Assembly: GCF_001194135.2 (NCBI RefSeq)
Contig: NC_068990.1
Location: 54,356,571-54,405,883, forward strand
DNA length: 49,313 nt
Reading direction: 5' to 3'
DNA from: Octopus bimaculoides
Lineage: Eukaryota
The translations under genes and the position numbers were made by a program. Positions 24,505 to 37,668 of the stretch are shown here, piece after piece; the stretch's first letter is position 1; every line of letters starts with the position of its first letter. The notes beneath the pieces were generated by a model, which worked only from the letters and a program-made list of their open reading frames with translations, searched no databases and had not been told where the DNA came from.

Positions 24505-24850
24505 GGAAGAGGGAGGCCCTGGAAGACATGGGATGAAGTATTGAAGACTGATCTTAAAACGCTGAGCCTTACAAAGTAGATGACAGAGGACCTAGCTGTG
24601 TGGTGCACTACTGCACTCAAGAAGACCTGCCCACCACAACAGAATTAAGATCCTAAAACCAAGGTGCCACATAAAATGCACCCAGTACACTCTGTAAAGT
24701 GGTTAGTGTTAGGAAGGGCATCCAGTCATAGAAACCAAGCTAAAACACACTATGGAACCTGGTACGGCGCCTGGCCCTTGCCAGTTAATGTCAAGCCATC
24801 CAACCCATGCCTACTGGGAAAACAGACATTAAATGATGATGATGATGATG
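24505..24850 (+). mobile_element. 5'-truncated RTE 3' end with (GAT)n tail
   Basis: tgtggaagagggaggccctggaagacatgggatgaag (CGRGRPWKTWDE) followed by the shared 3' UTR and taaatgatgatgatgatgatgat. Confidence 0.85.
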
Positions 24851-25470
24851 ATCTCTCTCTCTCTACCTCTACATGTAGATAAAATAATTTTTTGCATATT
24901 GAAATTAATACTACATGAGAAAGATCATGAAATGGCTGTATGGGAAAATAAACCAATTTTCTCTTGTCAAATCTCCTATCCTAACTAGTGCATTGGTAAA
25001 GGATGTAAATATCAAAAAGAAAACTGGAAAAACTGTTCTTCAAAGATCCCAGTTGATATCTAGTCTGTACCAATTTACAGACCCTCCCTTGTTATTTTCA
25101 CTGTTGGATATAGTGAACCAATGATTAGCCCAAACTGTCATTTATAAAATATAAAGACACAATGTAAATAGATAATGGTTGTTGAAAACTTTGTATAAGA
25201 AACTGAAGATGACGACAGGGATAAAATATATTAGTTGTCCCTAAAAATATATTTTTTATCGTTTATCCTTAAAATACAAGATGGCATAGTGTGATTTGAG
25301 GAACATTTCATTATTTCTAGCAGGTTAAGTAACCATGTAGAGGCTTGAATTTGTTTAAGAAAATGTCCAATCATTCTAGAGGTCAGTTTAGTATGATATA
25401 GCAGGACATGTGATGATTCTTCATATCTGCCAATAAGCAGTTGAGAAAAAAGTACAACCCATAACCTAGC

Positions 25471-25585
25471 TTTATTTACATTCGACGGATATTTGTCCTC
25501 ATCTTGTTTGTTAACAACAAACAAAATGAGGACAAATATCCGTCAAATGTAAATAATGTACATAATTCCTCATCCTTAAATATAG
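25471..25585. mobile_element. 115-bp insertion with an internal 41-bp inverted repeat and a 15-bp target-site duplication (probable Penelope-type remnant)
   Basis: aacccataacctagc at 25456-25470 and 25586-25600. Arms 25472-25512 and 25516-25556 have 2 mismatches. Confidence 0.7.
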
Positions 25586-25799
25586 AACCCATAACCTAGC
25601 AGTTTGACATAAGGGAGAGATATAAGTACTAGGTTTAAAGAACAAAACAAAACAGAAAGAATAATTACTGGGGTCAGTCATTAGATTGTGGCCTGAGCAT
25701 GGCGACAATCTAATGACTGAAAAAATAATCATCATCATCTGGTAATGTTCATTTTCCATGCTGACATGGGTTGGACAATTTGACTAGAGCTGGCAATGA

Positions 25800-27665
25800 A
25801 AGTCACAGAGTGGGTCATAGCCTAACTAATTAGGGAGAGAGTTAGTTTAGATGAAATGTAGTTTGGGTTTGTGTCATGGAGAAGCACCACTGATGCTATA
25901 TTTGTGGTAAGACAGCTCCAGGAGAAATACCAAGCCAAAGATAAACCTCTGTACCTGGCTTTCGTTGACATGGAGAAAGCTTTTGACAGGGTCCTCTGAT
26001 CCCTTAGCTGGTGGTCAATGCAGAAACTAGGGATAGATGAGTGGTTAGTGAGAGCTGTACAAGCCATGCACAGGGATGCTGTCAGTAAGGTGAAGGTTGG
26101 CAATGAGTATAGTGAAGAATATCAGTTAAGGGTAGGGGGTCCACCAAGGATCAGTCCTCAACCCGGGTAATAACAGACAAATTCAAGACGGGATGTTCCT
26201 GGGAGTTCCTCTATGCTGACGACCTTGCACTAATTGCTGAGTCACTATCAGAATTAGAGAAGAAATTTCAAGTGTGGAAATAAGGTCTAGAATCAAAGGG
26301 CCTTAAAGTCAATCTAGTAAAACCAAAGTCCTAATAAGTAGGAAGGCAGACAAATCAAAAATCCCTTCAGGTAGATGACCCTGCTTGACCTGTAGAAAAG
26401 GTGTAACTAGAAACTCCATAAGATGTACCCAGTGTAAGCTATGGACACATAAGAGGTGCAGCAATATCAAAGGAAGGCTAACTGGGACGATAGTTTTTGT
26501 GTGTGACAGATGCACAGGGGTAATAAACACTGAAAATGTGCAGAAAACAGCTTCTGTTACATGCCAGAGGGAAAAACTAGAAGTAGTTGATAGCTTCCAT
26601 TACCTAGGTGACCAAGTCTGTAGCTGGTTGCTCTGAGAATGTAGCTGCTAGAATAGGAACAGCCTGGGCAAAGTTCAGAGTGCTCCTACCTCTGCTGGTG
26701 ACAAAGGGCCTCTTGCTCAGAGTAAAAGGTAGACTATGATGCATGTGTGCAAATAGCCATGCTACATGGCAGTGAAACATGGGCTGCGACTGCTGAGGAC
26801 ATGTGTAAGCTTGCAAGAAATGAAGCTACTATGCTCCACTGGATGTGTAATGTAAGTATGCATACATGACAGAGTGTTAGTGTCCTGAGAGAAAAGTTGG
26901 ACATAAGAAGCATCAGATGTGGTGTGCAAGTGAGATGACANNNNNNNNNNGTAAGTATGCATACATGACAGAGTGTTAGTGTCCTGAGAGAAAAGTTGGA
27001 CATAAGAAGCATCAGATGTGGTGTGCAAGTGAGATGACAGTGCTGGTATGGATGAGGACACACCCTAACAGTGGAGGGAACCTGTGGAAGAGGTAGGCCC
27101 AGGAAGACCTGGGATGAGGTGGTGAAGCACGACCATCAAATGTTGGGCCTCACGGAAGCAATGACAAGTGACCAAGACCTTTGGAGATATGCTGTACTTG
27201 AGAAGACCTGGCCCATTTAAGAGTATCCTTCAATCATTGGGCAATATGCTGTGCCTGAGAAGACCTGTTGAGTCAAGTGAAATCAGTCGTGGCCAATGCC
27301 AGTACCACCTGACTGACACCCATGCTGGCGACACATAAAAAGCACCATTCAAGCATGGTTAATGCCAGTCCCACGCCAGTGGTATATAAAAAGCACCATA
27401 CGAGGGTGGTTGATGCCAGTGCCACCTGACTGGTCCCATGCTGGCGGCACATAAAAAACATCTTTTGAGCATGGTCGTTACCAGTGCTGCCTGACTGGCA
27501 CATAAAACACCCACTACACTCTTGGAGTGGTTGGCTATAGGAAGGGCATCCAGCTGTAGAAACCTTGCCAGATCAGATTGGAGCACGGTGCAGCCCACTG
27601 GCTTGCCAGTCCTCAGTGAAACCATCCAATCCATGCCAGCATAGAAAGTGGACGTTAAATGATAA
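25800..27665 (+). mobile_element. RTE copy (RT, intact PHD finger, C-terminus, tandem-repeat 3' UTR, tail)
   Basis: LAFVDMEKAFDRV, WEFLYADDLALIAE, VNLVKTKVL, CLTC..CTQC..H..C..CDRC, MLHGSETWA; tail gttaaatgataatga. Several stops. Confidence 0.92.
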
Positions 27666-27669
27666 TGAA

Positions 27670-27742
27670 TGGCTATGGGGGTCTACCAGAATAAAATAGC
27701 AATCAAAGGGGTCCAAAGACAAAAAATGGTTGAGAACCCCTG
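27670..27742. mobile_element. Probable hAT-type non-autonomous element end
   Basis: ggggtcc...aaaaaatggttgagaacccctg resembles recalled Charlie/hAT termini (CAGGGGTTCTCAACC). The partner end was not found. Confidence 0.45.
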
Positions 27743-28769
27743 GTCTAAACCTAGCTTTAAGTTTCCAAAGAATTTTTTCAAGATAATCAACGTGTTCAAT
27801 ATTAGAGATAAAATTGAAGATGTTGCTTGTTCTATGAAACATATTCTTGTACAAAACTTTATATCATCAACCAAATAAGTAGTTTTATCACAAATGTCCT
27901 CATAAGGCTGCTCTTGAGTCAATATTAGATGGTGCAGGGTTCAATAACAATACATCATACCTGTTGTGACTTTTAAACATTCCAAAGTGCAAAACAAATC
28001 ACGATTTTTAATTTTTTATGTTGACAACTGAGATTTTTATGTTGCCCAGATAAATTCTCAGAAGTTCATCTTAAGGTAAAGATAAATGCAATATAAACCT
28101 TCAAGCGGAAATTTTCTAAAAGCAAAACAATGTAAAGTTTCTCTTTGTTTAATGTGCATTTATCTATATTAACATTGTATTTAGTGAGTAAATTTTATTG
28201 CTGTATGACCTTTCAAACATGAAACACCTAAGTGTAAAGTAGAAGTGGTACTTGTCACCAGTTTGACTCAACTGAGATAAACAGTTACGTACCTTGCTCA
28301 GCAACGATTTTAGTCTAAAACGTACAGAATGCTGGTCATGAAGGCAATAGATAAAGCTCCCAAAATTATTCATAAATCAAAGAATTTTTAATTAAAGAAA
28401 GAAAGATAACTGAAACTAAATACCTGTAGATATCAATGATTCATTCTACATTACTTTTTCTTCAAGGCCATTGAAATCTTAGTTGGTTCTGGCTGTTATT
28501 TCTTATCCTTATACATAATTTGAAGACAGGTATAATTTGCCAGGTGTGAAGCAGAAAGGAAGAAGTCTGCCAATTTCCTCTGCCATGAGGTGTTTTGGAT
28601 TGCAAGACAGTGTGTCAGAGAAAACCATGATGTTGTAGGAGAGAAGTGCATTTGCAAAGGTGGCTTGGAAGTGCACTATGAAATGTTGCTAAATGTAGAG
28701 AATGCATAGGAGAAGGGGAGCATGCCTAATGTGAACCCAATAGAGGGACCAGTTATCTGAATTGACAGT

Positions 28770-28936
28770 GGCATGTAAAAAGCACCCACTACACTCTTGG
28801 AGTGGCTGGCATTAGGAAGGGCATCCAGCTGTAGAAACTTTGCCAAATCAGAGTGGAGCCTTCTGGCTTTCCAGCCCTCAGTAAAACCGTCCAACCCATG
28901 CCAGCATGGAAAGTGGACGTTAAATGATAATGATGA
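28770..28936 (+). mobile_element. Short RTE 3'-end insertion with a 7-bp TSD (tgacagt)
   Basis: tgacagt at 28763-28769 and 28937-28943. Removing the insert restores ...aattgacagtagcttagtagataaagc, compared with ...aaatcagtagtaccttagtagataaagc at about 235-262. Confidence 0.85.
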
Positions 28937-29451
28937 TGACAGTAGCTTAGTAGATAAAGCAATTAAAGATATGAAGTTAGGGAAAGCTCCTGACCCATCA
29001 GGAATCACTGTTGAGATGCTTAAAATACCTGGCAGTGTGGGATATGGCCTAGTCACCCATATAATTAGGTTGTCTACAAGAGAGTCATACCTACTGACTG
29101 GTGTAGCAGCATTATAGACAACTATTACAAAGGAAAAGGCAATACCTAAGACAGGAATAATTATAGAGTTATTAAACTGCTGGACCAGGTGATGAAAGTT
29201 ACAGAATGGGTCATAGCTCAATTAATTAGGAAGAAAGTTTAGATGAGATGCAGTTTGGTTTTGTACCAGGAAGAGGCAATACTGATGCTATGTTGCTGAT
29301 GCAAAAGTATTTAGCTGAAAATAAACTTCGGTATTTTGCTTTTGTTGGCAAGGAGAAAGCCTTTGACGGGATCCCTCACTCCCTTATCTGGTGGGTAACA
29401 TGGAAACTAGGGATAAATGAGTAGTTGGTTGAGAACTGTACAAGCCATGTA

Positions 29452-30727
29452 CAAGGGGTGTTCATTAAGATTTCCCCTAACCCACTTCCCAAGGACTGAG
29501 ATAAACGAAACTTGGCATAATTATTAGTCCTTCTTTACATAGCCACCACAATGGAGACACACTTCTCCCATTGCTTTATGCAACTGTGAAGACCTCATCT
29601 GTAGAAGTCAGCAGACTGCATTTAGATCCAAGAATTTACCTCAGAAATAAGTTCATCATCATCAGAAAAGTGCTTTAACCTTAAAAAAAAAAAAGACTTC
29701 ATGGTTGGAAAGAAATGGAAGTCAGATGGTGTGAAGTCGGAGAAGTAAGGGGTATGAGGAAGGATTTCATAGCTGCAGGAGTGTGCTTTCATCTGGGAAA
29801 CATGTGCATTGTGAACTGGGGTGTTGCCTTGGAGGAGGCGAACTCCTTTGGTCAGCATGCCATGCTTCTCTGCTTTGATGGCGTCCTGCAGTTTCTGTAG
29901 CAGAGAGAAGCATAATATGCCATGCTAATTGTGGTGTCCTTTGCCAAAAAATCCATCTTCACTACTCTGCACTGGTCCCAAAAGACTGAGCATCACCTTG
30001 CCGTTTGAGGGTTGGATATGAGCCTTCTTTGGAGGTGGTGAGTTATCATACTTCCATTGCCTCAACTGGACTTTAGTCTCAGGATCATAGTGATGGACCC
30101 ATGTTTCATCTTGTGTGATAAGTGTGCTAGAAAAGTCCTCCTCGTTTTCATGGCACATTGCCAAAAGAGCCTGAGAGCAATTGACACATTCTTGCTTCTG
30201 AAAAGGTGTGAGCATCCAGTGAATTCATCATGCAGACTTCTACATATGCTAATGGTTGTGAAAGATATTTTCCAAGGACCTTACACTTATCTTCACTTTT
30301 TGGGCTAATTGCCGAATAGTTATGTGGTGATCCTTCAAAATGGTGGCTTCCACTTTATGGATGGTGTTATTATCAATGGTGGAATGTGGTCATCTAAGAA
30401 TAGGAGCAGTTTCCACCAATGTCCAACCACATTTGAACCAGAGATGCTAGTGCTTGACTACGATGTATGATGGTGGATCAGCATCACGTACTTCTTTCAT
30501 CTCATCGAAAGTCTCTTTTGGTGTGCGACCTTTGATATATAAGAACCTGATCACTAATCTGCATTCAACTGCCTCCATTATAACACCTTAGTTCACTTCA
30601 GCATACTAGTGGGAAACTGAAATTTACAATGTGACATGTAAAGATATGTATAATTATATCTGTATAAGTTCCGTTTCCTGCAATAACCAGAAGTGGGTCA
30701 GGGGAAATCTTTAATGAACACCCCTTG
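29452..30727 (-). mobile_element. Full-length (1276 bp) mariner DNA transposon, transposase pseudogene
   Basis: TIRs 29452-29488 and 30690-30727 (caaggggtgttcatta(a)agatttcccct.acccacttc) with TA duplicated on both sides. ATG at 30578: MEAVECRLVIRFLYIKGRTPKETFDEM...ITQDETWVHHYDPETK...LLQGNTPVH...HTPYFSDFTPSDFHFF. Multiple stops and frameshifts. Confidence 0.96.
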
Positions 30728-31486
30728 TACAGGGATGCTGTCAGTGAGGTGAATGTCAGCAATGAGTATTGCAACAAATTTATTGTACAGGTAGGAGTTC
30801 ACCAAAGATCAGTTCTTAGCCCTTTCTTGTCTATCATATTCCTCCAGGTCATAACAGAGGAACTTTAGGACTGACTGCCCTTGGGAGCTCCTCTATGCTA
30901 ATCATCTTGTTCTTATTGATAAATCACCACCTGAACTAGAGAAGAAATTTCAGGTATTGAAGCAAGGTCTGAAATCTTAGTAAGTAGGAAAACAGACAAA
31001 TCACAAATCTCTTCGGGGAAATAACCCTACTCAGCTTGTAGAAAAAGTGTTGGTATAAACTCCATATAGTGTACCTAGTGTAAGCTATGGACACATAAGA
31101 GGTGCAGCAGTATCACAGGAAGGTTAACAGAGAAAGTAGCCTTTGTGTGTGGTAGATGCGCAGGTACATTAAATATCAGGGATGTACAAAAAAATAGACT
31201 TTTTCAAAAGTTCGGGTACTAGATAGTTTCTGTTACTTAGGTGACCAAGTTAGCAGTGGAGAATGTAGTTTTGAAAGCATAGTTGCAAGAAAAAGAACAG
31301 GCTGGGCAAAGTTCAGAGAGCTGCTATTTTTGTTAGTATTGTTGTAACAAGGGCCTTTCCCTCAGAGTGAAAGACATTGTATGATGCCTGTGTATGAAGA
31401 GCTATGCCACATGGCAGTGAGACATGGGCTGTGACTACTGAGGACAAACAAAGGCTTGAATCATACAGTCATACCTACAGTATATA

Positions 31487-31521
<35 letters not shown>

Positions 31522-34500
31522 TGTGTATTATGACTCTAAAAGATGCTGTTGATTCATCAGCTATATACTAATCCTAATTTTACTGGCATTAAAGAAACAA
31601 AAGACAAAAGGCGATCAAAGGAAATTCAAACTACAATTTGTGAAGCAATCCAATAAATAATGTAAAGTGCATTAGTTCTCTTTCACTAGTATTGTCTTTA
31701 ATAATTTCTTATAAAGTCACAAATTGTTAAAATTCTAAGGAAAGGGAAATAGTGAGTTGGTGATTCTGATGCCTTTCCCGTAGGCCTAATCAAAAGTAGT
31801 GTAGAACTTACCATGTGTCATGATATGGGTAACAACTATGATGATGATGATGGTGATGATACGTCTGGAGTCCAACACTTGTAGAGGAATAAAAATATCA
31901 GCTGTGGAAATAGTTCATTTCCCAAACACTATTACAGCAAGACAATGAAAGAAATCACAAAGATGTTTCTTCTACAAGATAAACAAAAATTATTAATGAC
32001 CCAATGGTGCTTTTATCTCTAATTTTAATTTCTCTCAGCTTCTCTAAAAACCATTGAGCATCATGGAAACAATGTCAGTAAAAAATTTCTTGCTCAGGCA
32101 TCTATCTTCTAAAACTGGCAATTTTAGTTTTGTGTATCTTGTTAGGGAGATTTAGTTTAATGTCAAGCCCTAGAACACAGCATTGTGCTAAGGGTAAGTA
32201 AACTCACAGACAAATTGAAAGGATGACATCTCTGCTGTTGCTGTACACTGCAACAATACTAGGATTTAATCTAATAGTTCTACAACTGAAATAGATTGTT
32301 GTTGGTTGTGGCAAAAGATGTAACAGACTGTGTTTATGCCACTGATGTTGTGTTGTGTCCCTGGATAAGTTTCTAAAAACTCAACAGAACTACCAGCTGC
32401 AGCAGGTTTAAGAGGCTCTAAGGAGCAACAAATATTTTAGTAACTTGCAATACTGGGTTCAAATCCTCCAATCAACTTGAAGGCATGAGGTAATCTCTAT
32501 GTTGTATTCTCTAAAAAAAACTAATGAAACTGAAATATATCTTATACAAGATTATAGAAATATAACATTGTACTGCAAAGTGTTTAATAGTTGAAAGAAG
32601 TTTGCAGACTTTTCCTGCATGACATGCTGATACACCTTGTTTGCAAGTGAAATAGCCAAGTGGACATGATTTTGGAAAACTTACCAATTTCAATCGTGTC
32701 TCATTACATATTTGATGATTTCTCTTAGCTCTTGGGAAATGAGGTTAAAGCAGCACCTGCAAATGTTACCTATAACAGATCAGAGGCACCATTCAGAAAG
32801 ATTTCTTTCTCATTCTCTAAACATTACAAAACATGAACTAAGCACCAAGCAAAAATTCATAGAACATTGCACATAACAGCAGCAGCAGGGAAATAATTTT
32901 GTGTCAGTGAAGTTTAGAGACTACGTCACAGAAAAACATTCTCACAAGAATAAACAACAACAACAATATTTACTGTTGTCAGGGTCACATTTACCATATT
33001 AGTTTGGATAATAAGTTGGTTAGAAATAGGAAAAAAAGAGCAATAACATGAAGAAAATAAGTAACAAAAAGAGTGAATATTAAATAAATGTTATTTGGTG
33101 CTAATTTGTTAACATTAGCTGCATGTTAAAACTCACAGCAGTGACTAGAGGACATTAAAAACATAATTTTACTAATGACTTAATTGAACATGCATGCTTG
33201 AAGGAAGTACAAATGTAGAAGTTATTTGGCTGTGTATACATAAACACACACACACACATATTAGAAACTATGCTTAATCTTGTCTTGTGCAAATCATATT
33301 ACAAAAAGCAGTGATAACCAAAAAATAAATAAATAAATACATAAAATAAAAAGTTCAATTAAATGCAATTTACAAGTAAACAGTCAACAATAATTTCAGA
33401 AATTTGGTGGATGGAAGAGTCCAGGTTTGTCTTGTTTAATTACTTTGGTTTTAGAAGCACAAACAATGATTAAAAACCCATGGAACTGTGGCAGTGAGAG
33501 AACAGATGAATTGACAGAAGCAAACATGGTTAGCAGCATTTCCATGTAAGAAAGCAGTCAACAACAATGTTAGGTTGAAGGGGGAGGGGGGAAAACAAAT
33601 GGTTAAGGGTTCACTGCTCTGTAGCAAAAGTGGACAACAACTGGAGAAATGGATCATTAAATTAAGGAAATGCTCAACAGAAGTGACTCTCCTGCAATTA
33701 ATTATTTTTAAAGTAATGTATTTTGGTTGAAGCATAATTGGTAAGAACCTTTCATTTTTTAAAATAAATTTGAACCAGGAAAGGATAGAATATAGCATCC
33801 TAAGCTTAAAGAACCATTTTCTTTTCCATTTCTTTATTTTTTGTTCATTTGGAAGGTTCTAGAAATGTCAAATTTTTAGCAAAAGTTTCTGAAGATTCAC
33901 AATGCATGTGGAGTGATACCAACCATTTAATCATCAAATGCTGTGAGAAGTCTTGTATAAGAGACACAACACCATAGATCTTAATAGAATTTGAACTTTG
34001 AATAATGAGCATTACAGTACAGGAGTTTCTGACTATTACAGAAAAGATGAAGGGAAGAAAAGGGAAAGAATACCAAAAGGTAAAATGATTCCACTCCTGC
34101 CATAAATGATATGGAAAAATAATTCAGAACAAAGATTTCATAATTAAGCACAGAGATACATTCACAAAGAATTATTCAAACTGGAGAATTCTTTCAGATA
34201 ATAACAGGCATTCATACATGGCAATATGGCATTTTTATAAATAATTCTAAGTGATTTTACTTCGAGCTATGAGATGATAAGTGCTTCAGTAAAGTCACAA
34301 ACAGTTAATCGATGAGGGATGTCTACAACTTTAGTCATTGTTGTAGATGTAACAAACAGAGATGAAACTTTACAAATAAAACACATTTTGATTGTATCGA
34401 TACATATGATGTACATGAATGCTATGTATGAAAGTGTGTATATGACAATATATATATATATATACACACATACATACAAATATGATTAATTCATTCTGGT

Positions 34501-35689
34501 GTTGGCCTACAGATTGAAGAGATGGCACTTTGTATCCCATAACAGTACTGTGCCCATGGCAAAAACACTTAACTCTAAGTGGGTCAGTCCATATAGTTGT
34601 AAATAGGACTTCACAAGCACAATAAAATAAAAAAAATTTACTTGCAATAAATATACTTTGAAGGGATGGAGATCACCAAACTGACTTCTTTCAACTGGCA
34701 ACACCCACATGAAAAATTTTCCTCAGTGCCCCAGTGACCAAATGAAGCCTAGGGTACATCACTATATATAATAACCCAGAGAGGGATCAATCAAAATAGG
34801 CCACTGAAAACTGAAGATATGTTGTATGTTATGATGATGTGCAATTTCATTACAAGTTGAGGTCACAAGGAAGTTGTGTATGTGTGTGTGTGTATTTATG
34901 TATGTATGCATGCATACTTATTTCTTTTTGATAAAATTTTCAGATCCTGAAGTTTCATGCTGATAGAAATAGAAATTATTCAGGATGTATTAAAATTACA
35001 AATGATATTAGTAACATTCTCTGCTATTAGTAAGACTCTCATCATCTTATAATAATAGAGTGTCACTGGAAGATTACTGATTCTGCCAGCATGAACCTAT
35101 GTTCTAGAGATTCAACATTAACTCACCTTCTTGGGGTCAAGCACTCATTCATCTAGTTCATTACTAACATACACAATTTATTAATCCCCTCCAGTAAGAT
35201 GTTAATTATCTAACCTTTCAAAATCAGATATTGATCTACAAGTGACTGGCCACGTTCACTTTAGAGGTTGGGAAAAACAGAAGTTTCCAAGCATGAACAA
35301 TTTCGGCAAGAATATTTTCTTTTCACTAGAATCAATGGCTAACTTTGTATCTTGTATTTGGTACTTTCTTTATGAGACCAAGAAGTTGACACATTTGTGA
35401 CTGAACTTGGCATGATTTGAACTCAGAATAGCAAAAGCATCCAACAAATTACTAAAAGACAAATAAACCAAAACTCTGTCACAAACTTAGTTTGCCAAGA
35501 ATTTAACCTTTATGCCATGCTATGAAAATAATGGTCTCTCACAGAGGCTTGGAACCAGAAATTATCAAAGAAAGGAAACTGGAATTTTTTTAGGAACAAT
35601 AAGCAATATATATGAATTGAAATGATTCCAACTGAGATAAGAAAACAAGTCAGAAATGATAATAATAATTGTCTTAAATTTTGGTACAA

Positions 35690-35890
35690 GGCCAGCAATT
35701 TTTTAGAGAGAAAGGATAACCAAACATTGTCATACATCAACCCTAGTACTTGACTGGTACTTAATTCTATCAATCCTAGAAGGATGAAAGGCAAAGTTGA
35801 CCTCTGCAGTTTTTGAACTCAGAGCATAAAGAGTTAGAGTAAATGTTGCTGACAATTTCGCTGGGTGCTACTGATTCTGCCAGCCTGCCA
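35690..35890 (-). mobile_element. tRNA-derived Meta-like SINE
   Basis: gactggtacttaattctatcaatcctagaaggatgaaaggcaaagttgacc...tttgaactcagag...gattctgccagcctgccacc, the reverse complement of the 14818 family. Confidence 0.7.
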
Positions 35891-37668
35891 CCTTAATAAG
35901 TTCTCACTGAGACAGATGGCAAATTACTAAAGGAAGAGGGGGAGTCAAATAAACTTCAGCATATCATGAGTACAGTAGAGAAGGTGATACTGGTGGGATT
36001 TGAACTCAGAAGCTAAAAAGCATGATGCATTTAGTACAGCACCACTTCCACAATAATGAGCGGTGTATATCTCCTGCCATTGTTATTAATAGGGGTGCAT
36101 TTTTTGAGGGTATGGGGGAAGTGGCTTGAAAAGAAATGTGCAAATGAAAAAGGGAGGGACACAATGCAGATTTATTAATAATAATAATAAATTCAAATTT
36201 GAATGTGAAGAGATTTTAAACTCAAACTTAAATATATATTTTTTGTCACATCTTTCCATAGATAATACATAAATGCAAGGTTATGTGTAGATGAATGTCT
36301 AAGTTTCTTTTTTAAGAGTGCATCTACTGGCTGTGTTTATAGCATGTAAATGTATACATGTTTGATACAAACAAATACTTATTTTAAAATAGTATTAACC
36401 CCTGAATTCTTTCAAGGAACAAAGAAAATATTTAAAAAATGACTGTATTCTTGAAAAAAAAATGCCCCTAAATCAGGCAGAATGACTAAATAGTAGAAAA
36501 AGAAATGTAATGTTGAAGAAAAATGGGATTCACCATACCACATGGAGGTGGGGGAAAAAACGAAACTGTTGACGAGTTTCCTTATAAAGTATGTAAATTT
36601 TAGCGACAAGTTACTATTCCAGAGAAATATCAAGAGAAATGCCACCTAGTTATTTCCCCTGAAATGTCAGTCATTCAATTCATTATCTCCCTTCCACCTT
36701 CTGCTCGCCCTTTTCTTTCTATAATAGCAATGCAGTAGTCAATAGGGATTAAAGGTTCTTCTGGTTTATAGTTCACCTCTTGGCGTGGCTTTGTGACATG
36801 AAACTTGGTTGAGTCTGGATGGTATGGGTTTGATGTGCTCAACTTCACAACCCTGATGTGGATGGCTTTTAAGTGGTGTATGCTCAGGCCACCAGATGTG
36901 GAAAGACACAAATTTGATGGCTGTTGCTGCTGCATTCAAGAGCATACAACAGGGACTTGTACCTGCAAAAAATTAGAAAAGGAAAATGATTTTTTATTAG
37001 TTTGTAACTACAAGGCGGTTTTCCAAGTGAGCCCTTTTAATTTAATGTAACTATTTGGTACAATGGCTAGTTTATTTAACGGTAAATTAATTGCTCATCA
37101 ATATTTTGCTACAACTTGCATTAATGGTGAACACAAAGAACTACTACTACACGTCTCAATCCATTATCAGCAGCACTGTTCTCCATAAAAGGTCTTGGAA
37201 GGGCACCCATAGTTCATCATGCCATGAGTTGGTTCCCAGATGATCTACTGGCAGGTACAATTTATGCATCACTTATTATTGTCTGTATTTCAGGAACCAA
37301 AGATAGTGGTTCTTTGTGGACAGCTGTAGTTATAGCAACTAAAGCCTAGTACACAAAGAATATTATAGGATGTCAGACCAGGGTGGATAAAGTTCCAAGA
37401 TGCAGACTGGATATAGTTGTTGATTAATTACAAGTTTCCTACTGCCTTCTTGCGGACGTGGGAAATAAATGACCCTGTCTGTTGATTGTTAATGATGAAA
37501 ATCTGCCCAATTGAGGTACTTCCATTGACAGTTCTAAATATACTTGTTGTTTAACCCTAACTAAATCCTGCAGTCTTGTAAAAAGAGGAAGATAAAAAGG
37601 TTCTGGCACCCAATTTCAAAGTATTCTTCCTCTTAGTATTGGTTCACTTTTGGGAGGCATTGGAAGGT

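Larger units (their letters stand above)
28540..31460 (+). mobile_element. RTE copy interrupted by two nested insertions
   Basis: RT-flanking motifs are collinear with copy 60-2293 on both sides of the insertions at 28770-28936 and 29452-30727. Confidence 0.9.

Noticed and set aside
25231-25524. 97-aa minus-strand ORF that looked like an exon (YEESSHVLLYHTKL...)
   Set aside because: It is built from an interspersed repeat copy (25265-25350, same family as 17944-18135) plus the hairpin insertion, so it is a chance frame.
26852-27039. 89-bp exact direct repeat flanking a 10-N gap
   Set aside because: Identical sequence on both sides of a minimal gap inside an otherwise diverged RTE is the signature of an unmerged contig overlap, not a biological duplication.
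37150-37660. Faint resemblance to the C-terminus of a restriction-like-endonuclease non-LTR element
   Set aside because: Only scattered two- to three-residue similarities across many stops; not distinguishable from chance without a profile search.
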